Under the pieces are notes generated by a model, which saw nothing but the letters and a program-made list of their open reading frames with translations, was not told where the DNA came from and did not search any database. Below, piece after piece: positions 1-9,059 of a DNA stretch of 64,000 bases. The stretch's first letter is position 1. Each line of letters opens with the position of its first letter. The translations under genes were made by a program, and so were the position numbers. The DNA is from Elusimicrobiota bacterium. GTDB taxonomy: Bacteria > Elusimicrobiota > Elusimicrobia > UBA1565 > UBA9628. The DNA is taken from contig JAUYSH010000120.1 in the NCBI GenBank assembly GCA_030696455.1, positions 42,317 to 106,316 on the forward strand. Direction: 5' to 3'.

Positions 1-435
1 TCGCACCTCGGCGACGATTATATACGCAGGACCGGCGATCAGGGCTTCCGCTACTCGATCGACGGCCTGAGGCTGACCTTATCCCACGACCTGACGGGCT
101 GGGCGCGCGCGTACGCCGGCGGGACCTACCTGCTTCATACGGTGCCGGACCCAGCGCGAAAGTCGGCGCAGGCGGGCGTGGAGCTGACGTCGGGGAAGCT
201 GGGCTGGTCCCGGATGTATCCGCTGAGGCTGTTCGCCGCCCAGGACCTGCAGTTCAAGGAGGCCACGCGCTACCGGACGAACTCCCGCACGGTCGCGGGC
301 GTGATCATCGGCTTCGACAGCGTGCCGCGCTCGATGAGGATCTACGGCGGGAGGTATGAAGGATGCTCCTCCTTCGGCCAGCTGTACCGGAGGAAGGAGA
401 GCTACACCGATATCGGCATCAGCTTTCATTTCTAG
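1..435 (+). CDS. DUF1207-like outer-membrane protein, C-terminal part (5' end lies outside the window)
   Basis: Frame 1 is open from base 1 to the TAG at 433-435. The product ends ...GISFHF, a C-terminal aromatic residue typical of beta-barrel proteins, and its HLGDD motif resembles HLGDE in the convergent neighbour. Confidence 0.5.
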   Translation, partial: SHLGDDYIRRTGDQGFRYSIDGLRLTLSHDLTGWARAYAGGTYLLHTVPDPARKSAQAGVELTSGKLGWSRMYPLRLFAAQDLQFKEATRYRTNSRTVAGVIIGFDSVPRSMRIYGGRYEGCSSFGQLYRRKESYTDIGISFHF

Positions 436-1247
436 AAGTAGGCGTGCAGGCCGAGCCCGGCCTCCTCGACGATATCGGCGAAGAACTGGCCGTTGGGATC
501 GCGGCCCCGGTAGTACTGGAGGAGGAGCTGCAGGCGGCGCGTGCGCAGCAGGAGGTTCTCCATCTGGACTCCGGCGCGCAGGGAGACGCCGGTGGTCTCC
601 CAGCCGTGCTGCTGCCGCTTTTGAAGGTCCGCCGCCGCGATCGGGCGCAGCAGGCCCCGGAGGAATTTCGGGCCGAGCGCCTCGCCGCCGAGCTGGAAGA
701 ACAAGGGCTTGATCTCCGGCGGGTGCTTGCGGATCATCGAGCCGCCCCCGCCGTAGGCGCGCAGGCCGCGGTCGAAGTCGTAAGAGAGCTTGGCGTCGAG
801 CGCCTCGTAGCTGAGGTTGACGCGCGCCACGTCGCGGTTGGCGATGACGAACTCATCGCCGAGGTGGGTGCTGACGTGGAAGAGGCGGTACATCCCCGTC
901 CAGCGCCCGCGTCGCCAGGTGTAAGGGAAGCCGACGATGAAGTCGGTGTTGATGAGCTCCTGGGATTCGGTCTGCACGTCCCATATGGTGAACACCGCCG
1001 CCTGCAGGCCGAACTGCCATCTCTCGCTGCCGCGGCTGCCGGCGAACGGGAAGGACTCTCCGAAGCTGGCGGCCCAAAGCACGCGCGAGCCGGGGCGACG
1101 GAAATATTTCTGCATGGCCCCGGAGAAGGCGGGCCAGCGCGGGTCGGCCGAGAGCGGCTGGAAGATGAGGGTCCGCGGAAAAGCCTCGGCCGCCCGGGCG
1201 GGCGCGACGAGGAAGAGGAGGAGCAGCGGCAAAATAGCGCGGAGCAT
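432..1247 (-). CDS. DUF1207-like outer-membrane beta-barrel protein
   Basis: The ATG at 1247 gives a signal peptide (MLRAILPLLLLFLVAPARA). The product ends ...GLHAYF with a C-terminal Phe. It is a paralogue of the convergent ORF 1-435, which it overlaps by 4 nt. Confidence 0.5.
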   Translation of the reverse strand: MLRAILPLLLLFLVAPARAAEAFPRTLIFQPLSADPRWPAFSGAMQKYFRRPGSRVLWAASFGESFPFAGSRGSERWQFGLQAAVFTIWDVQTESQELINTDFIVGFPYTWRRGRWTGMYRLFHVSTHLGDEFVIANRDVARVNLSYEALDAKLSYDFDRGLRAYGGGGSMIRKHPPEIKPLFFQLGGEALGPKFLRGLLRPIAAADLQKRQQHGWETTGVSLRAGVQMENLLLRTRRLQLLLQYYRGRDPNGQFFADIVEEAGLGLHAYF

Positions 1248-1329
1248 CGGCGCTAGGATAGCACCCTCGGGGAGCGGACCCATATTGCCGCCGCGCGTCA
1301 TTTTGGTAACTATTTGCGCCGATTGCCGG

Positions 1330-1390
1330 AAATTGGACATTTTGTTGCATGTCTTTGCGCCCGTCACATCCTCTTTGATAGAATCATCCC
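1330..1390 (+). promoter_or_regulatory. Putative coxB promoter region (extended -10 TGaTAGAAT at about 1376-1384)
   Basis: An AT-rich island in otherwise 70% GC DNA, with TTGGAC and TTGCAT -35-like hexamers. The coxB ATG follows with a GAGAGGA Shine-Dalgarno sequence. The -35 spacing is not canonical. Confidence 0.3.
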
Positions 1391-1419
1391 CGCGCAGATA
1401 TTTCATCTGAGAGGATCGA

Positions 1420-2277
1420 ATGGGACAATACGGATGGTCGCTGCCGGTCGCCGCTTCCAGCTACGCCGGCAAGATCGACTTCGGCATCTGGCTGATCCAC
1501 GCGGCGATGCTCGGCATCTTCGTGCTGTGGGGCGCCTTCTTCGTCTATCTGCTCGTCAAGTTCCGCGCCCGCCCCGGCCACCGCGCCGAGCGCGAGGATC
1601 ACGCCGACACGCCGGCGCATATCTCGGTGCCCGACTCGATCTCCAAGTTCCCCTTCGCTCAGATCCTGTACAAGAACAAGGGCGAGCTGAAGTCTCTGAT
1701 CCCCGACATGGTCATCATGACCTTCGAGGTCGCGCTGATCGTGTTCTACGCGATCCCGGTCTGGAGCAGCATCAAGATGAGCGTGCCCGAGACGGCGGAC
1801 CCGATCCGCCTCGAGATCGTCTCCGAGCAGTTCGGCTGGAGCGTCCACTACGCGGGCCCCGACGGCAAGCTCGGCAAGCGCAAGATGCCGCTCGTGCACT
1901 TCAGCAACCCGATCGGGCTCGACCTGGCGGACCCGGCGTCGGCCGACGACATCGTCATGGGCAACGAGCTGCGCCTGCCGGTGGACCGGACCGCGGTCAT
2001 CGACCTGCTGTCCAAGGATGTGATCCACAGCTTCTTCGTTCCGGAGTTCCGCATCAAGCAGGACGCCGTGCCGGGCCTCAGCATCCCGATCTGGGTCACT
2101 CCGACCAAGGTGGGCAAATACGAGATCACCTGCGCCCAGCTGTGCGGCTTCGCCCACAGCCTGATGCGCGGCGACGTGTACGTGCAGACCCAGGAGGAGT
2201 TCGACGCCTGGTATCAAAGCCGCCTCGCGCAGATCCCCGCGGCGGCCACGGCGTCCAACCCCGCGGAGGAGTTCTAG
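1420..2277 (+). CDS. coxB: Cytochrome c oxidase subunit II
   Basis: Two N-terminal TM helices. CuA centre motif H-x34-CAQLCGFAHSLM and the DVIHSFFVPEF signature. Confidence 0.9.
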   Translation: MGQYGWSLPVAASSYAGKIDFGIWLIHAAMLGIFVLWGAFFVYLLVKFRARPGHRAEREDHADTPAHISVPDSISKFPFAQILYKNKGELKSLIPDMVIMTFEVALIVFYAIPVWSSIKMSVPETADPIRLEIVSEQFGWSVHYAGPDGKLGKRKMPLVHFSNPIGLDLADPASADDIVMGNELRLPVDRTAVIDLLSKDVIHSFFVPEFRIKQDAVPGLSIPIWVTPTKVGKYEITCAQLCGFAHSLMRGDVYVQTQEEFDAWYQSRLAQIPAAATASNPAEEF

Positions 2278-4011
2278 ATGAGCCACGACGAGCACGGCCA
2301 GCACGCCCACCACGAGCTTAGCTTCTGGGAGCGATATGTCTTCTCCGTCGACCATAAGGTGATCGGGCTCCAATACCTGATCACCTCGTTCATCTTCCTC
2401 CTCGTGGGCTTCGCCCTGATGGGGCTGATGCGCTGGCAGCTCGCCTGGCCCGGCACGCCGATCCCTTTCTTCGGCGCGCTGTTCCCGTCCGACCTGGCGC
2501 CGAATGGGGTCATGAGCGGTGAATTTTATAACTCGCTCGGCGCCATGCACGGCACCATCATGGTGTTCCTCGGGGTCGTGCCGCTCGCGGTCGGCGCCTA
2601 CGGGAACTACGTCCTGCCCCTGCAGATCGGCGCGCCCGACATGGCCTTCCCGCGCATGAACATGATGTCATACTGGACCTACCTGCCCGGCGGCATCCTG
2701 ATGCTGGCCTCGTTCCTGATGCCCGGCGGCGCCGCGCAGTCCGGCTGGACCTCCTACCCGCCCCTGTCGATCATCAACCCCGGGCAGACGGTGTGGCTGC
2801 TGTCGATGGTCATCCTGATCACGTCGTCCTTGCTGGGTGCCATCAACTTCCTGGTCACGACGATCAACATGCGCGCGCCGGGCATGAGCCTGTGGCGCAT
2901 GCCGATCTTCGTCTGGGCGCAGTTCGTCTCCTCGGTCCTGCTCCTGCTGGCCTTCCCCCCGCTCGAGGCGGCCTCGATCCTGCAGCTGATGGACCGGGTG
3001 TTCCACACGAGCTTCTACATGCCCAAGGACATCCTCATCCTCGGCCAGGCGTACGCGGGCTCGGGCGGCGGCCAGCCCCTGCTGTGGCAGCACCTGTTCT
3101 GGTTCCTGGCGCACCCCGAGGTCTACGTCCTCGTGCTGCCGCCCATGGGCATCGTCGCCGAGATCATCGCCAACAACACGCGCAAGCCCCTGCACGGCTA
3201 CAAGACGATGGTCTTCTCCATGATCGCCATCGGCGTGATGAGCTTCATGGTCTGGGCCCACCACATGTTCATCTCCGGCATGAGCGCGAGCTTGAGCAAC
3301 TTCTTCCTGGTGACCACGATGATCATCTCGGTGCCGTCGGTGGCGCTGATGACCTGCCTCGTGTTCAGCCTCAAGGGCGGCTCGATCCGCTTCAACCTGC
3401 CGATGCTCTACGCGCTCGCGTTCATCCCGCTGTTCGCGATCGGCGGTCTGACCGGCCTGCCGCTGGGCCTGACCGTGACGGACATCTACCTGCACGACAC
3501 CTACTACGTGATCGGCCACTTCCACTTCGTCGTGGTCTCGGGCTCGATCATCGCGCTGATGGGCGGGACCTACTACTGGTTCCCGAAGTGGTACGGGCGC
3601 AAGATGAACGACACCCTGGGCCACATCCACTTCTGGGGCTCCGTGATCACGATGTGCGGCATCTTCGCGCCGATGCTGTTCATGGGCATGGGCGGGGCGT
3701 CGCGCCGCCTGTACGACCCGACGGCGCAGCTGCACAACCTGCCGGTGCAGGGCTGGAACGTGGTGGCGACCTATTCGGCCTACGCCCTCGCGCTCTTCCA
3801 GATCCCGTTCATCTACAACTTCTTCAACAGCATGTGGCGCGGCGAGAAGACCGTCGAGAACCCGTGGCAGGCCACGACGCTCGAGTGGGCCTGCCCGTCG
3901 CCGCCCCCGCACGGCAATTTCGAGAAGACGCCGACGGTGTATCGCGGCCCGTACGAGTATTCCGTCCCCGGACGCAAGGACGACTTCTGGATGCAGTCGG
4001 ACAAGAACTAA
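2278..4011 (+). CDS. coxA: Cytochrome c oxidase subunit I (haem-copper oxidase)
   Basis: 577 aa, 12 TM helices. Conserved WAHHMF and GHFHFVV motifs. The ATG directly abuts the coxB TAG. Confidence 0.95.
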   Translation: MSHDEHGQHAHHELSFWERYVFSVDHKVIGLQYLITSFIFLLVGFALMGLMRWQLAWPGTPIPFFGALFPSDLAPNGVMSGEFYNSLGAMHGTIMVFLGVVPLAVGAYGNYVLPLQIGAPDMAFPRMNMMSYWTYLPGGILMLASFLMPGGAAQSGWTSYPPLSIINPGQTVWLLSMVILITSSLLGAINFLVTTINMRAPGMSLWRMPIFVWAQFVSSVLLLLAFPPLEAASILQLMDRVFHTSFYMPKDILILGQAYAGSGGGQPLLWQHLFWFLAHPEVYVLVLPPMGIVAEIIANNTRKPLHGYKTMVFSMIAIGVMSFMVWAHHMFISGMSASLSNFFLVTTMIISVPSVALMTCLVFSLKGGSIRFNLPMLYALAFIPLFAIGGLTGLPLGLTVTDIYLHDTYYVIGHFHFVVVSGSIIALMGGTYYWFPKWYGRKMNDTLGHIHFWGSVITMCGIFAPMLFMGMGGASRRLYDPTAQLHNLPVQGWNVVATYSAYALALFQIPFIYNFFNSMWRGEKTVENPWQATTLEWACPSPPPHGNFEKTPTVYRGPYEYSVPGRKDDFWMQSDKN

Positions 4012-4012
4012 C

Positions 4013-4618
4013 ATGAGCCAAACCTACGACCCCGCCGCAATCATGAACAACCCGGACACGCACAGCGGCGTCACGAACGCGAAGCTCGGCGTGTGGCTGT
4101 TCCTCGCCTCCGAGATCATGCTGTTCGCGACTTTGTTCACGAGCTACATCGTCCTGCGCATGGCCTCGACCTCCTGGCCGTGGGGCTGGGACGTGCTCAA
4201 CGTGCCGCTGGCGACGGTGAACACGGTCGTCCTGATCGGGTCGTCGATGACGATCGTGATGGCGTACGCGCGGGCCTACGACAAGGACAAGGGCGGCTTT
4301 CAGAAGTGGATGGCCGCGACCATCCTGCTCTCGCTGGCGTTCCTCGTCATCAAGGGCTTCGAATACGGCCCCAAGTTCGCGGCGGGCATCGGGCCGCACA
4401 CGAGCGTCTTTTACGCGATCTACTTCACGATGACGGGCCTGCATGCCATCCACATCGTCGGCGGCATCGCGGTCAACGCCGGCCTGCTGTACATGAGCAC
4501 GGTCGACGGTCATTGGAAGAACCCGCTGTTCCTCGGACGCGTCGAGGGCGCCGGGCTGTACTGGCACTTCGTCGACATCGTCTGGATCTTCCTGTTCCCG
4601 GCGCTGTATCTGCTCTAG
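4013..4618 (+). CDS. coxC: Cytochrome c oxidase subunit III
   Basis: The FLASEIMLFATLF ... WHFVDIVWIFLF ... LYLL pattern typical of subunit III, with 5 TM helices. Confidence 0.9.
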   Translation: MSQTYDPAAIMNNPDTHSGVTNAKLGVWLFLASEIMLFATLFTSYIVLRMASTSWPWGWDVLNVPLATVNTVVLIGSSMTIVMAYARAYDKDKGGFQKWMAATILLSLAFLVIKGFEYGPKFAAGIGPHTSVFYAIYFTMTGLHAIHIVGGIAVNAGLLYMSTVDGHWKNPLFLGRVEGAGLYWHFVDIVWIFLFPALYLL

Positions 4619-4627
4619 GAGGCGATC

Positions 4628-5008
4628 ATGTCCAAGAATCCCGACGCCGCGACGCACGACGAGCACCGCCCGAACGTGGCGCTCTACGTCAAGGTGTTCG
4701 CCGCGCTGATGGCGCTGACCTTGATCACCGTCGCGATCTCGAAGATCCATCTTCCCCCAGCCCAGGCCGTCTCCCTCGGGCTGTTCGTGGCCCTGATCAA
4801 GGCGGCCCTGGTCGCGGCGCTGTTCATGCACCTGTGGGGCGAGAACAAGCTCATCCACAAGGCGCTGTGGGTCACCGTGGGCCTGGGCGCGGCCCTCATC
4901 CTGCCGATCATCGACTTCGTCTTGATCTCCGGCCAGCACACGAGCCGGGCCGACGTCGCCAATCAGCATCCCCCCGGGCACGCCGAGCCCGCGACGGAAG
5001 GGCACTGA
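4628..5008 (+). CDS. Prokaryotic cytochrome c oxidase subunit IV (COX4_pro family)
   Basis: A 126-aa 3-TM protein (VKVFAALMALTLITVAI..., FMHLWGENK) positioned as caa3 subunit IV. Confidence 0.65.
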   Translation: MSKNPDAATHDEHRPNVALYVKVFAALMALTLITVAISKIHLPPAQAVSLGLFVALIKAALVAALFMHLWGENKLIHKALWVTVGLGAALILPIIDFVLISGQHTSRADVANQHPPGHAEPATEGH

Positions 5009-5009
5009 C

Positions 5010-5204
5010 ATGTCTCTCAAGATATTCCATCGCTTCTTCGTCGTGCTGTGCCTGTTCCTTTTCGCCTTCACCGGCTACTGGGCCGCGGGCGGCAACGCCA
5101 CGGCCCTCGTGACGCCGTGGCTCCTGTGGGCCAGCGCCGCCGGCGCCGCCGCGACGGCCGGCTACTTCGTCTGGCACGTCCGCAAGGTCCGGCTGCCCGC
5201 ATGA
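5010..5204 (+). CDS. Small 2-TM membrane protein in the cox operon
   Basis: A 64-aa hydrophobic ORF tightly packed between subunit IV and the next small ORF. Confidence 0.35.
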   Translation: MSLKIFHRFFVVLCLFLFAFTGYWAAGGNATALVTPWLLWASAAGAAATAGYFVWHVRKVRLPA

Positions 5205-5422
5205 GAGCTCTCGGGGCCGCCGCTTTGCTCGCCGCCCTGCCCGGCTCCGCCGCGGCCTGCGCGGTGTGCTTCGGCAACGACCCCGGGAATAAGGGCCTCT
5301 TCGATGGAATCTGGTGGGGCATCGTCGTGCTCCTGACGGTCACGATGTGCATGGTCGGCGGCATCGGCTGGCTGTTGTACAAGGTCGAGAAGGACCGCCC
5401 CGCGGACGAGAACGGAGGATGA
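5201..5422 (+). CDS. Small membrane protein with a CxxC motif (signal/TM ... AACAVCFGNDPG ... TM)
   Basis: The ATG at 5201 overlaps the preceding stop (ATGA) and the ORF ends overlapping the ctaA start. The 73-aa product has two hydrophobic segments. Confidence 0.3.
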   Translation: MRALGAAALLAALPGSAAACAVCFGNDPGNKGLFDGIWWGIVVLLTVTMCMVGGIGWLLYKVEKDRPADENGG

Positions 5423-6303
5423 ACACCTTGGCCGCCCGGCCGGCTCGCCCGAACGTCCGCCCCGCCTCCGGCGACTCGCTGTTCACCGCCTGGGCCAAGG
5501 CCACGGCCGCCGCCGCCTTCTTCCTGCTGTTCGCGGGCGGGATGGTGACCTCGACCGGCTCCGGGCTCGCCGTTCCCGACTGGCCCCTCTCCTTCGGCGG
5601 CATGAACCCGCCCATGGTCGGCGGCATCTTCTACGAGCACGGCCACCGCCTGATTGCGGGTACCGTTGCCGTTATGACCTTCGTCTTGCTGGTCCTCTCT
5701 CGCCGTCCTGGCGTTCCCTCGGGCGCCCGGACCGCGACCAGCATCGCATCAGCCGGGATCCTGCTCCAGGCTCTGCTCGGGGGCTTGACGGTCCTCCTCA
5801 AGCTCCCGCCGGCCGTTTCTATCTCCCACGCCTGCCTCGGCCAGGCCGTATTCCTCGTCCTGCTCGCCGCCGCGGTCCTCTCGGTCCCCGGAACGACGTT
5901 CGGGCCGGGCTACTCCCGCGTGTTCAAGTTCTCCGTCCTGGGCCTCGGCGCCGCCTACCTTCAGCTGGCCCTCGGCGCGCTCGTCAAGCACACGGGCCAG
6001 GGCCTGGGCTGGCATATCCTGTGGGCAAGCGCCGTTGTCGTTCTGGCCTCATTGGCGGGCTTCACCGCGTTCCGGTCCCGCGCGGCCGTGCTGAAGGGCC
6101 CGGCTTCGCTGCTCGCCTTCGCCGTACCCCTGCAGCTGGCCCTCGGCCTCTTCGCCATGCTCGTGCGCGTGGATTCGACCCTCGTCCTCGGCTTCCGCGA
6201 GGCCGCCGCCTGGCGCACCGCGCATTTGTCCGGCGGCGCGCTGACTTTGGCCGCCTTCCTCCTTCTTGCCCTCAAGTCGCGCCGGACCGCGGAGGCGCCG
6301 TGA
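5419..6303 (+). CDS. ctaA: Haem A synthase (COX15/CtaA family)
   Basis: GGAGG-ATG start. Polytopic, with FFLLFAGGMVTSTGSGLAVPDWPLSFG and HRL motifs typical of CtaA. Confidence 0.8.
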   Translation: MNTLAARPARPNVRPASGDSLFTAWAKATAAAAFFLLFAGGMVTSTGSGLAVPDWPLSFGGMNPPMVGGIFYEHGHRLIAGTVAVMTFVLLVLSRRPGVPSGARTATSIASAGILLQALLGGLTVLLKLPPAVSISHACLGQAVFLVLLAAAVLSVPGTTFGPGYSRVFKFSVLGLGAAYLQLALGALVKHTGQGLGWHILWASAVVVLASLAGFTAFRSRAAVLKGPASLLAFAVPLQLALGLFAMLVRVDSTLVLGFREAAAWRTAHLSGGALTLAAFLLLALKSRRTAEAP

Positions 6304-7139
6304 AGACCTATCTTCAGCTCGCCAAGCCCCGCATCGCCTTGATGGTGGCGCTGACGGTCTGGCTCGGCTGGGCCCTCGCCGGCGGCGGGTCGACGGCGGC
6401 CCTTTTCTTCGTCACGCTCGGCGCGTCCTTGGCCGCCGGCGCGTGCGGGGCGCTCAACCAGCGCCTCGAGATCGTCGAGGACGGCCTCATGAACCGGACG
6501 CGCAACCGCCCCCTGCCGACCGGGCGGGTCACGCCGCGCGCCGCGCTCGTCTTCGGCCTGGTCCTCGCGGCCGTCGGCCCCGCCATGGTCTGGGCCGCCG
6601 GCGGCGCCCTGGCCGGGGGCCTCACGATCGCCACGATCGTCCTTTACGTGCTCGTCTACACCCCGCTCAAGAAGGTCACGCCGCAGACCACCTGGATCGG
6701 CGCCGCGGCCGGGGCGACCTCCCCCCTGATCGGCTGGACTGCGGCCGGCGGACCTCTTGATGAACGCGCCTTCACCTTGTTCGCCATCCAGTTCCTCTGG
6801 CAGATCCCGCACTTCCTCGCGCTGTTCTGGATCTACCGCGAGGAGTACGCGCGCGCCGGCTTCAAGGTGATGCCCGTCGTGCACCCCAGCGGCGGCACCA
6901 CCGCCATCCAGATCGCCGTCCATTCCTTCACCTTGCTGCCGGCCACGGTCGCGCCGTCGCTCGTCGGCCTGACCGGTCCGGGCTACGCGATCGGCGCCTT
7001 CGCCGTCTCCGGCTCCTTCCTGCTGCTCGGCCTGCGCGCGAGCTGGACGATGACCGTCGCCGATAACCGCCGCCTGTTCCTGGCCTCGCTCGCTTTTCTT
7101 CCGCTCATCTTCGGCATGATTCTCTTCGGAGGCGTCTGA
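6300..7139 (+). CDS. ctaB: Protohaem IX farnesyltransferase (haem O synthase)
   Basis: The GTG start overlaps the ctaA stop. UbiA-family motifs NQRLEIVEDGLMNRTRNRPLPTG and YTPLKK. Confidence 0.85.
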   Translation: MKTYLQLAKPRIALMVALTVWLGWALAGGGSTAALFFVTLGASLAAGACGALNQRLEIVEDGLMNRTRNRPLPTGRVTPRAALVFGLVLAAVGPAMVWAAGGALAGGLTIATIVLYVLVYTPLKKVTPQTTWIGAAAGATSPLIGWTAAGGPLDERAFTLFAIQFLWQIPHFLALFWIYREEYARAGFKVMPVVHPSGGTTAIQIAVHSFTLLPATVAPSLVGLTGPGYAIGAFAVSGSFLLLGLRASWTMTVADNRRLFLASLAFLPLIFGMILFGGV

Positions 7140-7140
7140 C

Positions 7141-7839
7141 ATGAACCGCTGGCTTATACCCGCTTTGCTCCTCTCCCTGGCCGCCTGCTCCCGGCAGCCC
7201 CAGCTCACCGACCCCGTCGCCCGCGGCGAACGCGACTTCAACGGCCTCGGCTGCGTCAAATGCCACGTCGTCGGAGATAAGGGCAACAACTGGGGCCCCG
7301 ACCTGACCAACCTGGGCTTTCGCAAGTCCGCGGACTGGATCGATCATTGGCTCAAGGATCCTCACGCCTGGAACCCGAAGACGGTCATGCCCAACTTCAA
7401 CCTGAAGGACAACACGCGCGCCGACCTCGTCGCCTACCTCTCCGCGCAGAAGGGGCAGGCCTGGAAGGTCAAGCCGTGGGAGACGGCGGCGGCGAAGGCC
7501 CTCCCCGCCCCCGAGCGCGGCCGCATCGTCTTCGACTCCGTCGGCTGCGTCTCCTGCCACGCCAAGGACGGCTACGGCGGCTACCCGAACAACAACGTGG
7601 CCGGCGGCCTCATCAGCTCTCTGACCAAGGTCACCGAGGGCTACAGCAAGTCCGAGTTGGCCGACAAGATCAAGCACGGCGCCGTGCCCATCCCGAACGA
7701 CACGAAAGCTCCGGCGCCGATGCTGCAGATGCCGAAGTGGGGCGACCAGCTCAGCGCCAAGGAAATCGACCTGCTCGTCGAGTACCTCTTCTCGGTGGCG
7801 CCGAAAAGCTCCGGGCCGGCCTCCGCGGACGACTTCTAG
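7141..7839 (+). CDS. Dihaem c-type cytochrome lipoprotein
   Basis: Lipobox LSLAAC. Two CxxCH motifs (CVKCH, CVSCH). Last gene of the cox operon. Confidence 0.8.
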   Translation: MNRWLIPALLLSLAACSRQPQLTDPVARGERDFNGLGCVKCHVVGDKGNNWGPDLTNLGFRKSADWIDHWLKDPHAWNPKTVMPNFNLKDNTRADLVAYLSAQKGQAWKVKPWETAAAKALPAPERGRIVFDSVGCVSCHAKDGYGGYPNNNVAGGLISSLTKVTEGYSKSELADKIKHGAVPIPNDTKAPAPMLQMPKWGDQLSAKEIDLLVEYLFSVAPKSSGPASADDF

Positions 7840-9056
7840 CGCTTCAGGCGCTTGCGCAGCGCGTCGACGTAGGCGTTGGGCCCCATGCCCCGCAGCGCGT
7901 GGGTGTCCTGTCGAGCGAAGACCTTGCGCGCGCGCTCGGGACGCCCCGCGGCGAGCTCGGCCTCGATGACGGCCCACTGGTCGCTCGGCCAGTCCTCGAG
8001 CCCTCCGGGCGAGCGCAGGACCCGCCCGTCGCGCACGAAGCGCGTCCAGATGAAATCGAGCGTGCGCCGGGCATGAGCCTTCTGGGCGGGCGTGGACGCC
8101 GGCGAGAGCAGGACGGCGCGGGCCATGTCCGCGTTCGGTCCCGCGAACAGCCGCCGATCGACCTCGGGCAGGCCCGATGCCCGGCGGGCGGCGTCGTCCT
8201 TGGCGAAGTAGGAGGCCCCCTCTTCGATGCGCCCGTCGGCGAGCGCGACCTCCCCCATGACGGAGGAGGCATAGCCGCCGCCGGGGAGGGTCATGAAAGC
8301 CTCGACGAAGCGCAGGACGGCCGCGGCGCGCGCGGCGTCGGTGGACAGGACGACGGCCGCCTGATCGCCCAGGGTCTTGGCGAACTCCGTCGGAGAACGG
8401 CGAACGCCGCCCCACACCGCGTCGTCGGGCCCGGGCGCCGGCTCGGGACGGCGCCTCACGGCCTCGAGACGCCGCCGGGCGTCGGCGGCGAAGCCGTCCG
8501 CCTTGGCGGGATCGGCCGTCACCGTGCTCGCGATCAGGCTCGCCCACGGGATGAGCAGCTTCGAGGTCAGCCGCGCCGCACCGGCCAGCTCCCGCCCGTC
8601 GGGGTGGATCAGGGCCGTCGTCGGCCAGGCGCCGACGCCGTACATGAACGCCAGGTCGGGCCGCTCGTCCGTGTCCGCGCGCGTCGCCGCCAGGTTCTCG
8701 GCGATCCATTTCGCCGTCTTCGGATCGGCGTAGGCCGTCTCCTCCATGAGCCGCGCCTCGCGCGACCAGACCGGCGCCAGGTGCAGCAGCACGAGCTTGT
8801 TCTGCGCCCGGGCCCGCGACAGCGCCCCCGGATAGAACTCGCCGAACTCCACAAGCATTCGCGACGGCGTCCTGTACGCCGGCGCCTTCCCGCGCCCCCA
8901 GCCCCCGGTCATCCACGACGGAAAAACGCCCGGGCTGATGGCGATAAGACCGGCGGCCAACGCGCAGAGGGACATGATCCCGCCGAGGATCATCATGACC
9001 AGCGCATGCGTCCGTTTGGATTTGAGCTTCTGTTCTTCCGTTCGGTTGTCGGCCAT
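7836..9056 (-). CDS. Membrane-anchored DUF255/thioredoxin-fold protein lacking the CxxC motif (redox-dead YyaL paralogue)
   Basis: N-terminal TM helix. The region aligning to the YyaL CHWCH motif reads LLHLAPVWSREARLMEETAY. It lies directly downstream of yyaL. Confidence 0.5.
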   Translation of the reverse strand: MADNRTEEQKLKSKRTHALVMMILGGIMSLCALAAGLIAISPGVFPSWMTGGWGRGKAPAYRTPSRMLVEFGEFYPGALSRARAQNKLVLLHLAPVWSREARLMEETAYADPKTAKWIAENLAATRADTDERPDLAFMYGVGAWPTTALIHPDGRELAGAARLTSKLLIPWASLIASTVTADPAKADGFAADARRRLEAVRRRPEPAPGPDDAVWGGVRRSPTEFAKTLGDQAAVVLSTDAARAAAVLRFVEAFMTLPGGGYASSVMGEVALADGRIEEGASYFAKDDAARRASGLPEVDRRLFAGPNADMARAVLLSPASTPAQKAHARRTLDFIWTRFVRDGRVLRSPGGLEDWPSDQWAVIEAELAAGRPERARKVFARQDTHALRGMGPNAYVDALRKRLKR

Positions 9057-9059
9057 AGA

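Noticed and set aside
2668-5071. Long minus-strand ORFs (2668-4014, 3824-5071) and plus-strand 2793-4016 and 4093-5112 overlapping coxA/coxC
   Set aside because: Arg/His/Asp-rich low-complexity translations antisense or out of frame to unmistakable oxidase genes. Typical high-GC artefacts.
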